Below are positions 1-9,281 of a stretch of 64,000 nt of DNA, in pieces. Each line of letters opens with the position of its first letter. The first letter of the stretch is position 1. The stretch is from positions 32,001-96,000 of the IMG/VR virus record IMGVR_UViG_3300010965_000427. One strand, given 5' to 3'. The position numbers and the translations under genes were made by a program. The notes beneath the pieces are model-generated. The model made no database searches and had not been told where the DNA came from. It saw only the letters and a list, made by a program, of their open reading frames with translations. The stretch comes from a virus.

Positions 1-1
1 T

Positions 2-955
2 CTCGATACCTCGGCTGGAACCGATTTTGGGTACATGTTTACTGGTTGTTCTAAAGCCGTTAGTTTTCCTAAATTGGATACTTCAGAAGGAACAAATTTC
101 TATAAAATGTTTGCTGGTTGTTTTTTAGCTATTAGCTTCCCAGAACTAAATACATCAAAAGGAAAAAATTTTAGTTTGATGTTTGGCGATTGTTATGAGG
201 CTACCAGCTTTCCCTATCTTGACACTTCGTTTGGAGAAAACTTTTCAGGGATGTTTTATAAATGTTCTAAGGCCACAGTTTTTCCATGGCTAGATACACT
301 ATATGGAAAAAATTTTAGCGAAATGTATTTCGGCTGTTACAGAGCAATTAGCTTTCCGGATATAGAAACTCCATTTGGTACAAATTTTAAAAGAATGTTT
401 CACAAATGTTCTGGCGCGCCCAGCTTTCCAAAAATAGACACCTCAGAAGGAGAAAATTTTAAAGAAATGTTTACTGGTTGTTTTTTAGCTATTAGCTTCC
501 CAGAACTAAATACGTCAAAAGGGAAAAACTTTTACGGGATGTTTAATGGCTGCTCTAAAGCCACCAGTTTCCCAAAACTAAATACCTCAGCTGGGACTAA
601 TTTTGCTAGAATGTTCCACGGCTGCTCTCAAGCAACCGGCTTTCCAAAAATAGACACCTCAGAAGGAGAAAATTTTAAAGGAATGTTTAACGGTTGTTAT
701 GGCGCTATTAGCTTCCCAGAACTAGATACTTCAAAAGGAAAAGACTTTAGCTGGATGTTTAATGGTTGTTTTAGGGTTACCAGTTTCCCAAAATTAAATA
801 CCCCAGAGGGCATTAATTTTTATCAGATGTTTGGCGGTTGTTCGGGGGCCAACAGCTTCCCAGAACTAAATACGTCATCCGGAAAAAGACTTAATAAAAT
901 GTTTCCTGGATGCAAAAAAATGCAAAAAGATGAAAACAAACATTTAAAAAAATAA
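2..955 (+). CDS. DUF285/BspA-like 24-aa repeat protein, 5'-truncated by the window edge
   Basis: 13 copies of MFxGC..A.SFP.L(D/N)TS.G.NF. The frame is open to the window start (LDTSAGTDFGY precedes the M at 35). Confidence 0.8.
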   Translation, partial: LDTSAGTDFGYMFTGCSKAVSFPKLDTSEGTNFYKMFAGCFLAISFPELNTSKGKNFSLMFGDCYEATSFPYLDTSFGENFSGMFYKCSKATVFPWLDTLYGKNFSEMYFGCYRAISFPDIETPFGTNFKRMFHKCSGAPSFPKIDTSEGENFKEMFTGCFLAISFPELNTSKGKNFYGMFNGCSKATSFPKLNTSAGTNFARMFHGCSQATGFPKIDTSEGENFKGMFNGCYGAISFPELDTSKGKDFSWMFNGCFRVTSFPKLNTPEGINFYQMFGGCSGANSFPELNTSSGKRLNKMFPGCKKMQKDENKHLKK

Positions 956-1031
956 CCAACGCAAAAAATAAAAAATAAACTGCTAAAGTTGCTATAACTG
1001 AAGTGGTTTATTTTTTATTAAAAAATAATCT

Positions 1032-1046
1032 CATATACTTAATTTG
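1032..1046 (+). promoter_or_regulatory. Putative phage early promoter motif CATATACTTAATTTG
   Basis: One of 8 similar 15-mers upstream of + strand accessory genes; reminiscent of the phiKZ early TATATTAC motif. Confidence 0.55.
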
Positions 1047-1098
1047 ATTCTATCTCATCGTGTCGGCGGGGTCACTAACGAGCTAACTGGAATTTAAC

Positions 1099-2208
1099 AT
1101 GACAGAATTATTCGTAGGCATTTGTTCCCCGACAACCGCCATTAACACATTAACATTTATAGCAGACGGAGATTGCTTTGTCAAATGGGGAGATGGAACA
1201 ACTGAATATATTAATAAATGGGATTTAGCAGCTCATACCTACTCTGATCTAGTCCATAAAGTAGTAGAAATTTCCCCTCGGCCAGGATCTTCAATAACCA
1301 GTTTAGATTTTAAAACTAATCAAAGAAACAATATTTGTTTTTTCGCAATAAGCGTAAATTGTAAAAATTTAAAAGTGTTAAAATTTATTCCGTATGAATT
1401 AGTTACCGTGTCTATATTAGAAAATAAAATTAGTGATTTCTCTAGAATGTTTAGTGACTGTAAATACAGTATAAATATCTTAGAATTAAACACATCGCAT
1501 GGAACAGATTTTAAAAGAATGTTTAATGGATGCCGTGCGCATATTTCGATTCCAAAAATGAACACTTCAAAAGGAGTTGATTTTTCGCACATGTTTGGAA
1601 ATTGTAGAAAATTCACTAGCTTTCCGGAACTAGATACGTCATCTGGGATAAACTTTACAGGAATGTTTTATAATTGCAATGAAGCCGTTTGTTTTCCTAA
1701 TTTAAATACCTCAAAAGGCTTGGATTTTTCATGGATGTTTTATGGGTGCCGTAAAGTTTCTAGTTTTCCTCCTATGAACACTTCTTCTGGAGACGATTTC
1801 TCGGGGATGTTTTACGATTGTTCTGGAGCAGTTAGCTTTCCAGATTTGGATACTTCGTTAGGAAAAGATTTTTCATCAATGTTTTATAATTGCTACGGTG
1901 CTTCTAAATTTCCTAAATTAAATACTTTATTGGGAGAATTATTTTTCACAATGTTTAAAAACTGCTATAATGCTACTGAATTTCCAGCACTTAACACATC
2001 AAAAGGTTTAGATTTTTCAGGAATGTTTTGTAACTGTTATGCCGCTTGCGTTTTTCCTGAAATGGACACTTCAAAAGGTTTAGACTTTTCTGAAATGTTT
2101 TGCGGTTGTAATAAAGCAGTTACATTTCCTAAATTAATAATTTCAGATGAAGCTCACACTTCTGGAATGTTTGAAGGATGTAATAAAACTAGCTCCAATA
2201 AAATATAG
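1099..2208 (+). CDS. DUF285/BspA-like repeat protein with N-terminal WGDG (PKD-like) domain
   Basis: VKWGDGTTE...AAHTYS N-domain followed by 11 MFxxC 24-aa repeats; paralog of 8157..9191. Confidence 0.8.
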   Translation: MTELFVGICSPTTAINTLTFIADGDCFVKWGDGTTEYINKWDLAAHTYSDLVHKVVEISPRPGSSITSLDFKTNQRNNICFFAISVNCKNLKVLKFIPYELVTVSILENKISDFSRMFSDCKYSINILELNTSHGTDFKRMFNGCRAHISIPKMNTSKGVDFSHMFGNCRKFTSFPELDTSSGINFTGMFYNCNEAVCFPNLNTSKGLDFSWMFYGCRKVSSFPPMNTSSGDDFSGMFYDCSGAVSFPDLDTSLGKDFSSMFYNCYGASKFPKLNTLLGELFFTMFKNCYNATEFPALNTSKGLDFSGMFCNCYAACVFPEMDTSKGLDFSEMFCGCNKAVTFPKLIISDEAHTSGMFEGCNKTSSNKI

Positions 2209-2279
2209 TTCTATTAAAACCCACATAACTCACTTCTCTATAAACCAAAATTCAACAACAAAACTTTCCGGGGAATAAA

Positions 2280-3005
2280 ATGAAAACGACACTAAACCAA
2301 AGCCAATTAAATGCATTAATTGAAAAAGCTTCACAAATGCATGAGCCAATATATTTTGTTGACATTATAATGGACGGCCTGTCTTTTGAAGCATTTAGAA
2401 AATTTAATGAATTTTTTGAACACGCTAATTCTATCGTAAATAAATATCAAAATCCAATATTAATTTCGATAATATTTATCAACTGCGAAATTAAAAATAT
2501 GGATTTGTCAAATTTATATTTTAATTCGTTGTCTGTTAATAATGTTTTATTCAAAAATGTTAATTTTTCAGACTCCGTAATATCATTGGGATCTTTTACA
2601 AACGCCACTTTCGATGGATGTAAATTTTGCAAAACATTTTTTTACATGACAAGCATTAGGCATTCAGTAATAGCCGATAGTTTATTAGAACATTTAAAAA
2701 CAGAAATGTTTAAGATAATATATTCAGCCATACACCACACAACATTAAACCACATTGTAACAATGCATGTTGATTTTTCTTGCACTATTTTGACGATGTG
2801 TTCCTTTAGCCAAAGCATATTCCAATATTCGTATTTAACAAATGCGTGTTTTCAAAACTGCTCTTTAGGTAAAGATTCTTTTTTAGATAGCGATTTAAAT
2901 GCAGCTTCTTTTTATAAAACAACCTACGAGGGTGTTAATAAAGAATCGACGGACGATCCAAATGCTCTTATACAGGACACAACCAGTATAGGCTATCAAG
3001 GTTAG
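2280..3005 (+). CDS. Pentapeptide-repeat protein
   Basis: 5-residue periodicity (NVLFK NVNFS; SFTNA TFDGC KF; SYLTN ACFQN CSL). Confidence 0.7.
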   Translation: MKTTLNQSQLNALIEKASQMHEPIYFVDIIMDGLSFEAFRKFNEFFEHANSIVNKYQNPILISIIFINCEIKNMDLSNLYFNSLSVNNVLFKNVNFSDSVISLGSFTNATFDGCKFCKTFFYMTSIRHSVIADSLLEHLKTEMFKIIYSAIHHTTLNHIVTMHVDFSCTILTMCSFSQSIFQYSYLTNACFQNCSLGKDSFLDSDLNAASFYKTTYEGVNKESTDDPNALIQDTTSIGYQG

Positions 3006-3028
3006 TTGAGCCGTTTATTTGCTAATTG

Positions 3029-3069
3029 ATGGAGCCATTAAAAGGCTCCATTAAAACTTTCTTTTTTTT
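3029..3069 (+). terminator. Intrinsic terminator
   Basis: ATGGAGCC/GGCTCCAT stem followed by a T-tract. Confidence 0.6.
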
Positions 3070-3173
3070 TAAGAACAAAGCGTTATAACATAAATCATTT
3101 GGATAAGTGATTTTAAAAAATGCATTAATGCTTACTTTATTTTTATTTTTTTTAGAAAACCGAGGAATAAGTA

Positions 3174-4340
3174 ATGCCATTGCTTCTTACGCGTTATCCA
3201 TTAGACCCAACAGGATTAAGCAATAATAATAGAGTTAATAATGAGATACACACCACAACTAATCGCCAAATTAGAGCTATTGCCCCAACATATGGAGCAT
3301 TTTTTACAACTTCGGTAAGCGTTGTAGATGCTACCACAAATGCAACTCTTACAAAAAATACAGACTATATTACAACAGAGCTTTTACAGGAAGCTACGTT
3401 GCGCTATGGAAAGGAACTCTGTTTATTAATATTAATAATTAATCCATCAGTTAGCCAAAATATCAGGATTAGTTACAATGTATTAGGCGGGGCATATCAA
3501 AATTTATCGCAAGAAATTCAACTTCTATATGAAAATATTTTAAATGATGGAAGACCAGTCAATTGGAACGATATTCAAAATAAACCATATGAATTCCCTC
3601 CTTCCTTGCATAATCATTTGCTAGCTGACGTAGTTGGCTTTGAGCCTTTAGTAACTGCGTTAGAAAGAATTAGAAATGCCATTATCCTCAGTGACGTTCC
3701 AGCTTTTGAAGCCATTATTGATTGGACATCCAGTCAGTTAGATTTTTTCAGACAGCATATTATAAATTATACTAACCCACATCGGGTTAATCTTGGCCAA
3801 CTTGGGCACACCGTTGCGACAATGGAGGAATTGGTCGCTGGGGTGTCAACAACAGCATTTATAACCCCAAGTATTTTAGTTCCTTATTTAATGTCGATTT
3901 TATCAAGAGGGCTTTACCAACTTACAAGCCCAGTTTCTGTTGTAGAAGGAGCTTCGGCAGTTTTTGTTATTAATACAACAAATGTTTTGAACGGGGCAAT
4001 AGTATATTGGTCTGTTGTAGATGTTCAAACTAGCCCTTTAGATTTTGTAGCCACAAGCGGTTTTGTAGCAATACAAAGTTCTACTGCTACTTTTTCAGTA
4101 TCGGTTAGGTCTGATACAATTTTAGAAACAGATGAAATATTTAGAATACAGCTTCGTAAAGAAGATGCTGCTGGTGAAATACTGGCATTATCCACTCCTG
4201 TGGTTGTAATAAACTATACTCCTCCAATATTTATTTCTTACGATTGGTTTACTTTACTTTTATTGGATACTTCTTTAATAAGTTCAGCAATTACAGTCGA
4301 GCCGGATGTATATTTCTTTGCTGGATCATTGGAACTTTAA
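3174..4340 (+). CDS. Virion tail-fibre-type protein: phiKZ-like N-terminal attachment domain plus Calx-beta-like domain
   Basis: YPLDPTG...N.V.NE.H N-domain shared with the 38-47 kb proteins; HIINYTNPHRV motif; VVEGASAVF...SDTILETDEIFRIQL Calx-beta-like segment. Confidence 0.65.
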   Translation: MPLLLTRYPLDPTGLSNNNRVNNEIHTTTNRQIRAIAPTYGAFFTTSVSVVDATTNATLTKNTDYITTELLQEATLRYGKELCLLILIINPSVSQNIRISYNVLGGAYQNLSQEIQLLYENILNDGRPVNWNDIQNKPYEFPPSLHNHLLADVVGFEPLVTALERIRNAIILSDVPAFEAIIDWTSSQLDFFRQHIINYTNPHRVNLGQLGHTVATMEELVAGVSTTAFITPSILVPYLMSILSRGLYQLTSPVSVVEGASAVFVINTTNVLNGAIVYWSVVDVQTSPLDFVATSGFVAIQSSTATFSVSVRSDTILETDEIFRIQLRKEDAAGEILALSTPVVVINYTPPIFISYDWFTLLLLDTSLISSAITVEPDVYFFAGSLEL

Positions 4341-4393
4341 TCTTTATTTGTAAGTAACTTTTTTACTTTTTCAAATCTGCTGAGAGCTTTAAG

Positions 4394-6346
4394 ATGCCAA
4401 GAACTTTACACTCCCCAGAATACAATGTAGTGTCTCGAAGCGTGGTGGATATCGCCAGAGGAGGGACAAATGCAGAAACAAGCGACGCGGCAAAACACTC
4501 CCTTCGAGTTTTAGGAAGGCGGTCTCGCGATATTCCGTTTGGGTACGGGTCTCTTAATAGTTTAATACAATTAAAAGAAGAACAAATTCCGGCCAATTTA
4601 AATCAATTTATAAACATAAAAGGACCTTTAACGTCGGCGGCTGGAGCCCAAACAACTCACACTATAACAAATTTTGATATTGGAACGCTATATTTATTTT
4701 CAACAATATCTGGAACTATTACACATACGGAAGAAGTAATTACCTATACAGCCCCCTCCCTTCCAGGGGTAGCCGGCTTTTATATTAATGAAAAACCCTT
4801 TTACGTAACCGTAACTGGGGACGGAGTTGTGCAGCCGGCGATTACGTCGCCTTATGATAAAGCTACAAAACAATACAAATCGGTAGTTATTACAAGCAGT
4901 GCTTTTGTTTGCAACAGCACAATAACAGATTCGCATTTGTCATCGACATGGCAGCTTTCTGACACTCCAACATTCGATGTAATTAGGCAAAATAGCACTA
5001 GAAGTACCACAAATAAAACAACATGGACTGTTGTCAATTTAACAGAAAATACGACTTACTATGTTCGAGTTCTGCATACTGGAAATATAAACGGGGACAG
5101 CTTATGGAGCGGGGTGCGTTCTTTTACTACAAAATCAGGCTATTACCCACAAGTAGAAACATTTGAAATCGCTTCCGAAGCACTTCAAGCGAATGACCAA
5201 TTTGGGACATCGGTGGCTTTAAATGGGGTAGGAACATTATTTGCTGGCAGTGCTCCCACGGCAAACGATAGTTTTGGAATACCTTGCGGCGTTGTTTATA
5301 CATATTGGTTAAGTCACGGCACAACATGGGTTGGCTCAGACAGCTTAAAGCCATCTTCCCCAGCTATTGATCAACTATTTGGTTTTAGTATATCAATAAG
5401 TAATGATGGAAATACACTTGTAATTGGATCGCCAGGCCATAATGCAAATACTGGCGCTGTGTATATATTTACTCGTGCAAATAATGTTTGGACTCAATCG
5501 GTCATCTTATTAGCAAACGATTCTTCCCCTGGGGATATGTTTGGATATTCAGTGGAAATTTGTGGAAACGGAGCTACCATCGCAGTTGGTTCTATAAACG
5601 ATAGCAATCTTAATGGGACAAATTCAGGAGCGGTTTATATATTTTCATTTTCAGGCACAGCTTGGACTCAGCAAGCAAAGATATTAGCTATTTCAGCGGG
5701 AGACGGCTGGGCGTTTGGTACAAATGTAGCGCTAAGTTATGACGGAAATACTCTTGCCGCAAGCTATCCAAAGAAAACAATCAATGCCGTTGTTAATCGC
5801 GGGGCAGTGTCTATATATACACGTTATCAAGCAACGTGGACAGCAAATAGAGACGTTATTGATTCTGGTGGGGTAGCAAATGATTATTTTGGTAGCTCAT
5901 TAGCAATAAGCAGCACTGGAAATATTTTATTTGTTGGTAGCGGGTTGGCAGACACAACTCACGGAATAAATTCAGGCGTAGTTAGAGTCTATACCTTAAA
6001 TGGAGCCGATTGGGTATTTCAGGCCCAGTTACTTGGTGCAGATACAAGAACTGGGGATAATTTTGGAACATCAATTTCGTGTAATAACGACGGCTCTATT
6101 GTAATGATTGGAGCGCCATCAGCTGCAAATGTTTCTAGAAGAAATGCTGGGGCTAGCTATATTTTTACACAAGATGGAAATGTTTGGTCAGAAAGACCAA
6201 AGCTATTAGCCAATGATTCGACCGCCTATTCTTTCTTTGGCAATGCATTAAAATTATCGGCTGACGGAAATATGGCCGTCATATGTTCCTTTAGGCACCC
6301 ATTTAGCTATATTGATAATGCTGGAGCAGCATACATATTTAATTAA
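4394..6346 (+). CDS. Tail adhesin with FN3-like domain and FG-GAP beta-propeller
   Basis: GGTNA fibre motif; HLSSTWQLSD...YYVRV FN3-like unit; about 7 FG.SV.IS.DG...GS/AP...GAVYIF blades. Confidence 0.75.
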   Translation: MPRTLHSPEYNVVSRSVVDIARGGTNAETSDAAKHSLRVLGRRSRDIPFGYGSLNSLIQLKEEQIPANLNQFINIKGPLTSAAGAQTTHTITNFDIGTLYLFSTISGTITHTEEVITYTAPSLPGVAGFYINEKPFYVTVTGDGVVQPAITSPYDKATKQYKSVVITSSAFVCNSTITDSHLSSTWQLSDTPTFDVIRQNSTRSTTNKTTWTVVNLTENTTYYVRVLHTGNINGDSLWSGVRSFTTKSGYYPQVETFEIASEALQANDQFGTSVALNGVGTLFAGSAPTANDSFGIPCGVVYTYWLSHGTTWVGSDSLKPSSPAIDQLFGFSISISNDGNTLVIGSPGHNANTGAVYIFTRANNVWTQSVILLANDSSPGDMFGYSVEICGNGATIAVGSINDSNLNGTNSGAVYIFSFSGTAWTQQAKILAISAGDGWAFGTNVALSYDGNTLAASYPKKTINAVVNRGAVSIYTRYQATWTANRDVIDSGGVANDYFGSSLAISSTGNILFVGSGLADTTHGINSGVVRVYTLNGADWVFQAQLLGADTRTGDNFGTSISCNNDGSIVMIGAPSAANVSRRNAGASYIFTQDGNVWSERPKLLANDSTAYSFFGNALKLSADGNMAVICSFRHPFSYIDNAGAAYIFN

Positions 6347-6375
6347 ATAACAAAAACTTCTCAGGATTAAAAGAC

Positions 6376-6729
6376 ATGGTTTTAAAAATCAGAAACGTTA
6401 GGCCCCGCAATCTTTACTACATCTTAAGTTGGGTTGTGATAATAGGTCTATTGCTGCTGTCGGACCCAGATTCTGGCATTATACAAAATCTTCCAATTGG
6501 CGCGTCGACAATTGCCATCCTTATGTCGGTGCTAGTGGCAACACTGGTTGTTTCAATATTAAGCGCATCGAGACATATGCTGCTTGATTATGACATAGCA
6601 GAATTTTCAAGTCTATTAAAAAAAGCATGTGAAACCCCCCAAGGGGCTGGCTTAGCTTCAGTTGCTGTCGCTATCATGACGCTATCGATTGCCATTGCCC
6701 TTGTTGGAGGGCTATTCATTCTTAAATAA
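6376..6729 (+). CDS. Putative holin (three predicted TM helices)
   Basis: Three hydrophobic segments; immediately upstream of the transglycosylase. Confidence 0.55.
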   Translation: MVLKIRNVRPRNLYYILSWVVIIGLLLLSDPDSGIIQNLPIGASTIAILMSVLVATLVVSILSASRHMLLDYDIAEFSSLLKKACETPQGAGLASVAVAIMTLSIAIALVGGLFILK

Positions 6730-6752
6730 AAAAACCCAGAGAGGAAAAAACT

Positions 6753-7514
6753 ATGAACAAAAATACCGTATTCCTTTTAATTAGCTTATTTATTTTTCCG
6801 TCTATATCGATATCCAAACCAATCGATCCTAAAGTTTATATTCCTAAAAATGCATCTCAATACATGCCTTTGGTTATTAATGAAACTTCAATTCATTTTA
6901 AAGAATTACCAATACCTTGGTATATTCCGTCATTAATAGAGCACGAAAGTTGTGTCAGCTTAACTCATTCAAAATGCTGGAATCCAAAATCCAGATTAAG
7001 AACCGCCAGAGAAGAAGGAGGCGGGCTTGGTCAATTAACCAGAGCATTTAATAAAAATGGATCAATTAGATTCGATTCATTAAGTGATATGCGTCGTAAA
7101 CATATAACCGAATTAAAGGAACTTACTTGGAGAATACTTTATTCAAGACCGGATTTACAAGTTCGGGCAATATTGTTAATGTCTAGAGACAACTATAGAC
7201 AACTGTATGCGGTGGTAGATTCTAGAGAGCGCTTAGCGATGGCCGATGCTGCTTATAATGGCGGTCTCGGCGGCTTAAATAAAGAAAGACGAGCATGCAA
7301 ATTGAGGGCCAATTGTAATCAAAATAAATGGTTTGGAAATGTAGAAAAAGTTTGTTTAAAAAGCAAAAGAATTTTATACGGTAATAGAAATGCATGCGAT
7401 ATCAATAGAAATCATGTTAGAGAAGTATTAAATTTGAGACTTATAAAATACAAAGCGTTTTATGTAAAAAAACCAATTATAAAAAAACCTACTAAAATTA
7501 TTGGACGAAAGTAA
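6753..7514 (+). CDS. Lytic transglycosylase (SLT-like) endolysin with N-terminal signal-like segment
   Basis: LIEHESC (catalytic ES), GGGLGQLT and AAYNGG motifs; hydrophobic N-terminus. Confidence 0.8.
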   Translation: MNKNTVFLLISLFIFPSISISKPIDPKVYIPKNASQYMPLVINETSIHFKELPIPWYIPSLIEHESCVSLTHSKCWNPKSRLRTAREEGGGLGQLTRAFNKNGSIRFDSLSDMRRKHITELKELTWRILYSRPDLQVRAILLMSRDNYRQLYAVVDSRERLAMADAAYNGGLGGLNKERRACKLRANCNQNKWFGNVEKVCLKSKRILYGNRNACDINRNHVREVLNLRLIKYKAFYVKKPIIKKPTKIIGRK

Positions 7515-7521
7515 TATTTGA

Positions 7522-7573
7522 ATTTAGCTAGATAGAGCCATACGGCTCTATCTAGCTAAATAACCTATTTTTT
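7522..7573 (+). terminator. Long-stem terminator
   Basis: Perfect 18-bp stem 7522-7539/7544-7561 with ATAC loop and a downstream T-run. Confidence 0.7.
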
Positions 7574-7581
7574 TACAATTA

Positions 7582-7626
7582 TATATAATAAATAAGACAT
7601 AACCTTACTACAATAGTAAGAGTGTC
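7582..7626 (+). promoter_or_regulatory. Promoter-like 15-mer plus conserved 31-nt leader hairpin (copy 1)
   Basis: TATATAATAAATAAG running into GACATAACCTTACTACAATAGTAAGAGTGTC (7596-7626). Confidence 0.6.
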
Positions 7627-7655
7627 TGTAATCAAAAAACTAAAGGCGGATAATC

Positions 7656-7997
7656 ATGCAGCCAAAAATCACCCAACCATTTCTTAATTTCCAACCGGCA
7701 TTTTTGTCGTACGACGAAAGAAGGAATATGTTTAAAGTATATATGGATGTAGAAGAAAAAGCTCGTTTTGAATGGCCTCATTTCATAATGACCTCGTCAA
7801 AATGGAGACCGGAAGAGGAAGAAACTACTGGGGCTTGGATGGCAAAATACGAATTGAGAGATAAAAACGATATGAAAATACAAAAATCCGAAATTGAAAA
7901 ATGGCTGCCAGGCAAGGATGTTTTAGTCTTTCAGCCAGTCTTAGCCATTTTTTCAAGTGATAAACCAGATGTTATCTTTAGCTTAGCCCCTCCATAA
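7656..7997 (+). CDS. Hypothetical protein
   Basis: 113-aa ORF with its own promoter-like motif and terminator. Confidence 0.7.
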   Translation: MQPKITQPFLNFQPAFLSYDERRNMFKVYMDVEEKARFEWPHFIMTSSKWRPEEEETTGAWMAKYELRDKNDMKIQKSEIEKWLPGKDVLVFQPVLAIFSSDKPDVIFSLAPP

Positions 7998-8016
7998 GTT
8001 ATGTTCGATTAGATTG

Positions 8017-8075
8017 ATTTAAACACTGTGCGACTAAAGTGAAAACTTTAGTCGCACAGTGTTTAAATTTTTTTT
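8017..8075 (+). terminator. Long-stem terminator with GAAA tetraloop
   Basis: Perfect 24-bp stem 8017-8040/8045-8068 followed by a T-run. Confidence 0.75.
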
Positions 8076-8090
8076 ATTAAAATATAGGCA

Positions 8091-8135
8091 CATATATTTA
8101 ATATGACACAACTTTACTATGGTAGTAAGAATGTC
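8091..8135 (+). promoter_or_regulatory. Promoter-like 15-mer plus conserved 31-nt leader hairpin (copy 2)
   Basis: CATATATTTAATATG running into GACACAACTTTACTATGGTAGTAAGAATGTC (8105-8135). Confidence 0.6.
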
Positions 8136-8156
8136 TTAACCTGTTTGGAATGTATT

Positions 8157-9191
8157 ATGTCAGAATTATTTATTGGCCATTGCGAGCCAACTGCTTTCAA
8201 TAGCACGTTAGCATTCTTAGTCGCCGGAAACTGCATTGTAAATTGGGGCGACGGAGTTACTGAGACTTTCAAAGCAAATACGCTTGCCTATCACGTTTAC
8301 TCTAAATATCAGCCAATAACTGCGCTAATAACTCCGCGGCCTGGTTCTCATTTAACTATTTTAGAATTTAATGCCGAGTATGGCTGCAATGTCTATTTTA
8401 CTAATATAAATGCGCAGTGCGAACATCTAGCGGTATTAAATTTTAATCCTAGTCAGCTAGCTTCTATTTCAATAGGAAAAAATAAAATTAAAGATTTCTC
8501 TGGGATGTTTTATAACTGCTCCAAAGCCGTGAATTTTTTAGAACTATTTGTGTCTGAAGGAATTAACTTTTCTGGAACATTTAGCAATTGTTGTAAAATT
8601 ACCAGTCTCCCACTGCTGGATACTTCCAAGGGAACAAACTTTCAAGGAATGTTTAACGGCTGCTCTGAGATCGCCAATTTCCCAAAAATAAACACTTCAA
8701 AAGGAAAAAATTTTAGAGGAATGTTTAACGGTTGTTCCAAAGCAAAAAGCTTTCCAGAATTAGATACTTCAGTTGGAATGGATTTTAGCTGGATGTTTGG
8801 TAATTGTTCTGGAGCTACCGGTTTTCCAAAGTTAAACACTTCTAATGGAACAAACTTTCAAGGAATGTTTGTAGGCTGTTCTGGGGCCACTAGCTTTCCA
8901 GATTTAAATACTTCTGCTGGCATTTATTTTAAAGGAATGTTTGACGGCTGTTGTAAAGCTGTGGGTTTCCCAGAGTTAAATACTTCAAAAGGAATTGACT
9001 TTACATGGATGTTTGCAGGCTGTTCTGAAGCCACCAGCTTTCCAGATTTAAATACTTCTGCTGGCATTTATTTTAAAGGAATGTTTGGAGGCTGTTTTAG
9101 GGCCGTTAATTTTCCAGAACTAGATATTTCAAAAGGAAAAGACTTTAGAAAAATGTTTTATAACTGTAATATAAAAAAAAGTAAAAAATAA
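8157..9191 (+). CDS. DUF285/BspA-like repeat protein with N-terminal WGDG domain
   Basis: Start moved to ATG 8157 because MSELFIGHC aligns with MTELFVGIC of the 1099 paralog; 10 repeats of 24 aa. Confidence 0.8.
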   Translation: MSELFIGHCEPTAFNSTLAFLVAGNCIVNWGDGVTETFKANTLAYHVYSKYQPITALITPRPGSHLTILEFNAEYGCNVYFTNINAQCEHLAVLNFNPSQLASISIGKNKIKDFSGMFYNCSKAVNFLELFVSEGINFSGTFSNCCKITSLPLLDTSKGTNFQGMFNGCSEIANFPKINTSKGKNFRGMFNGCSKAKSFPELDTSVGMDFSWMFGNCSGATGFPKLNTSNGTNFQGMFVGCSGATSFPDLNTSAGIYFKGMFDGCCKAVGFPELNTSKGIDFTWMFAGCSEATSFPDLNTSAGIYFKGMFGGCFRAVNFPELDISKGKDFRKMFYNCNIKKSKK

Positions 9192-9214
9192 TAGAGCCTA
9201 ATTTATATGGGAAA

Positions 9215-9244
9215 CTTACCATAGGTTATTTTACCTATGGTAAG
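9215..9244. terminator. Intergenic hairpin, probable terminator
   Basis: 12-bp perfect stem CTTACCATAGGT/ACCTATGGTAAG. Confidence 0.55.
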
Positions 9245-9281
9245 AACGAAACTTTTTTAACCCAACGCCGGATATTTTTTT

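Noticed and set aside
8103-8156. N-terminal extension of the third repeat protein given in the ORF track
   Set aside because: The paralog alignment starts at 8157, and this stretch is the promoter motif plus the conserved leader hairpin.
2-9191. Diversity-generating retroelement acting on the repeat proteins or adhesins
   Set aside because: No reverse transcriptase and no non-coding template repeat with adenine-specific mismatches was seen. The identical patches are in-frame coding units. An RT elsewhere in the genome cannot be excluded.
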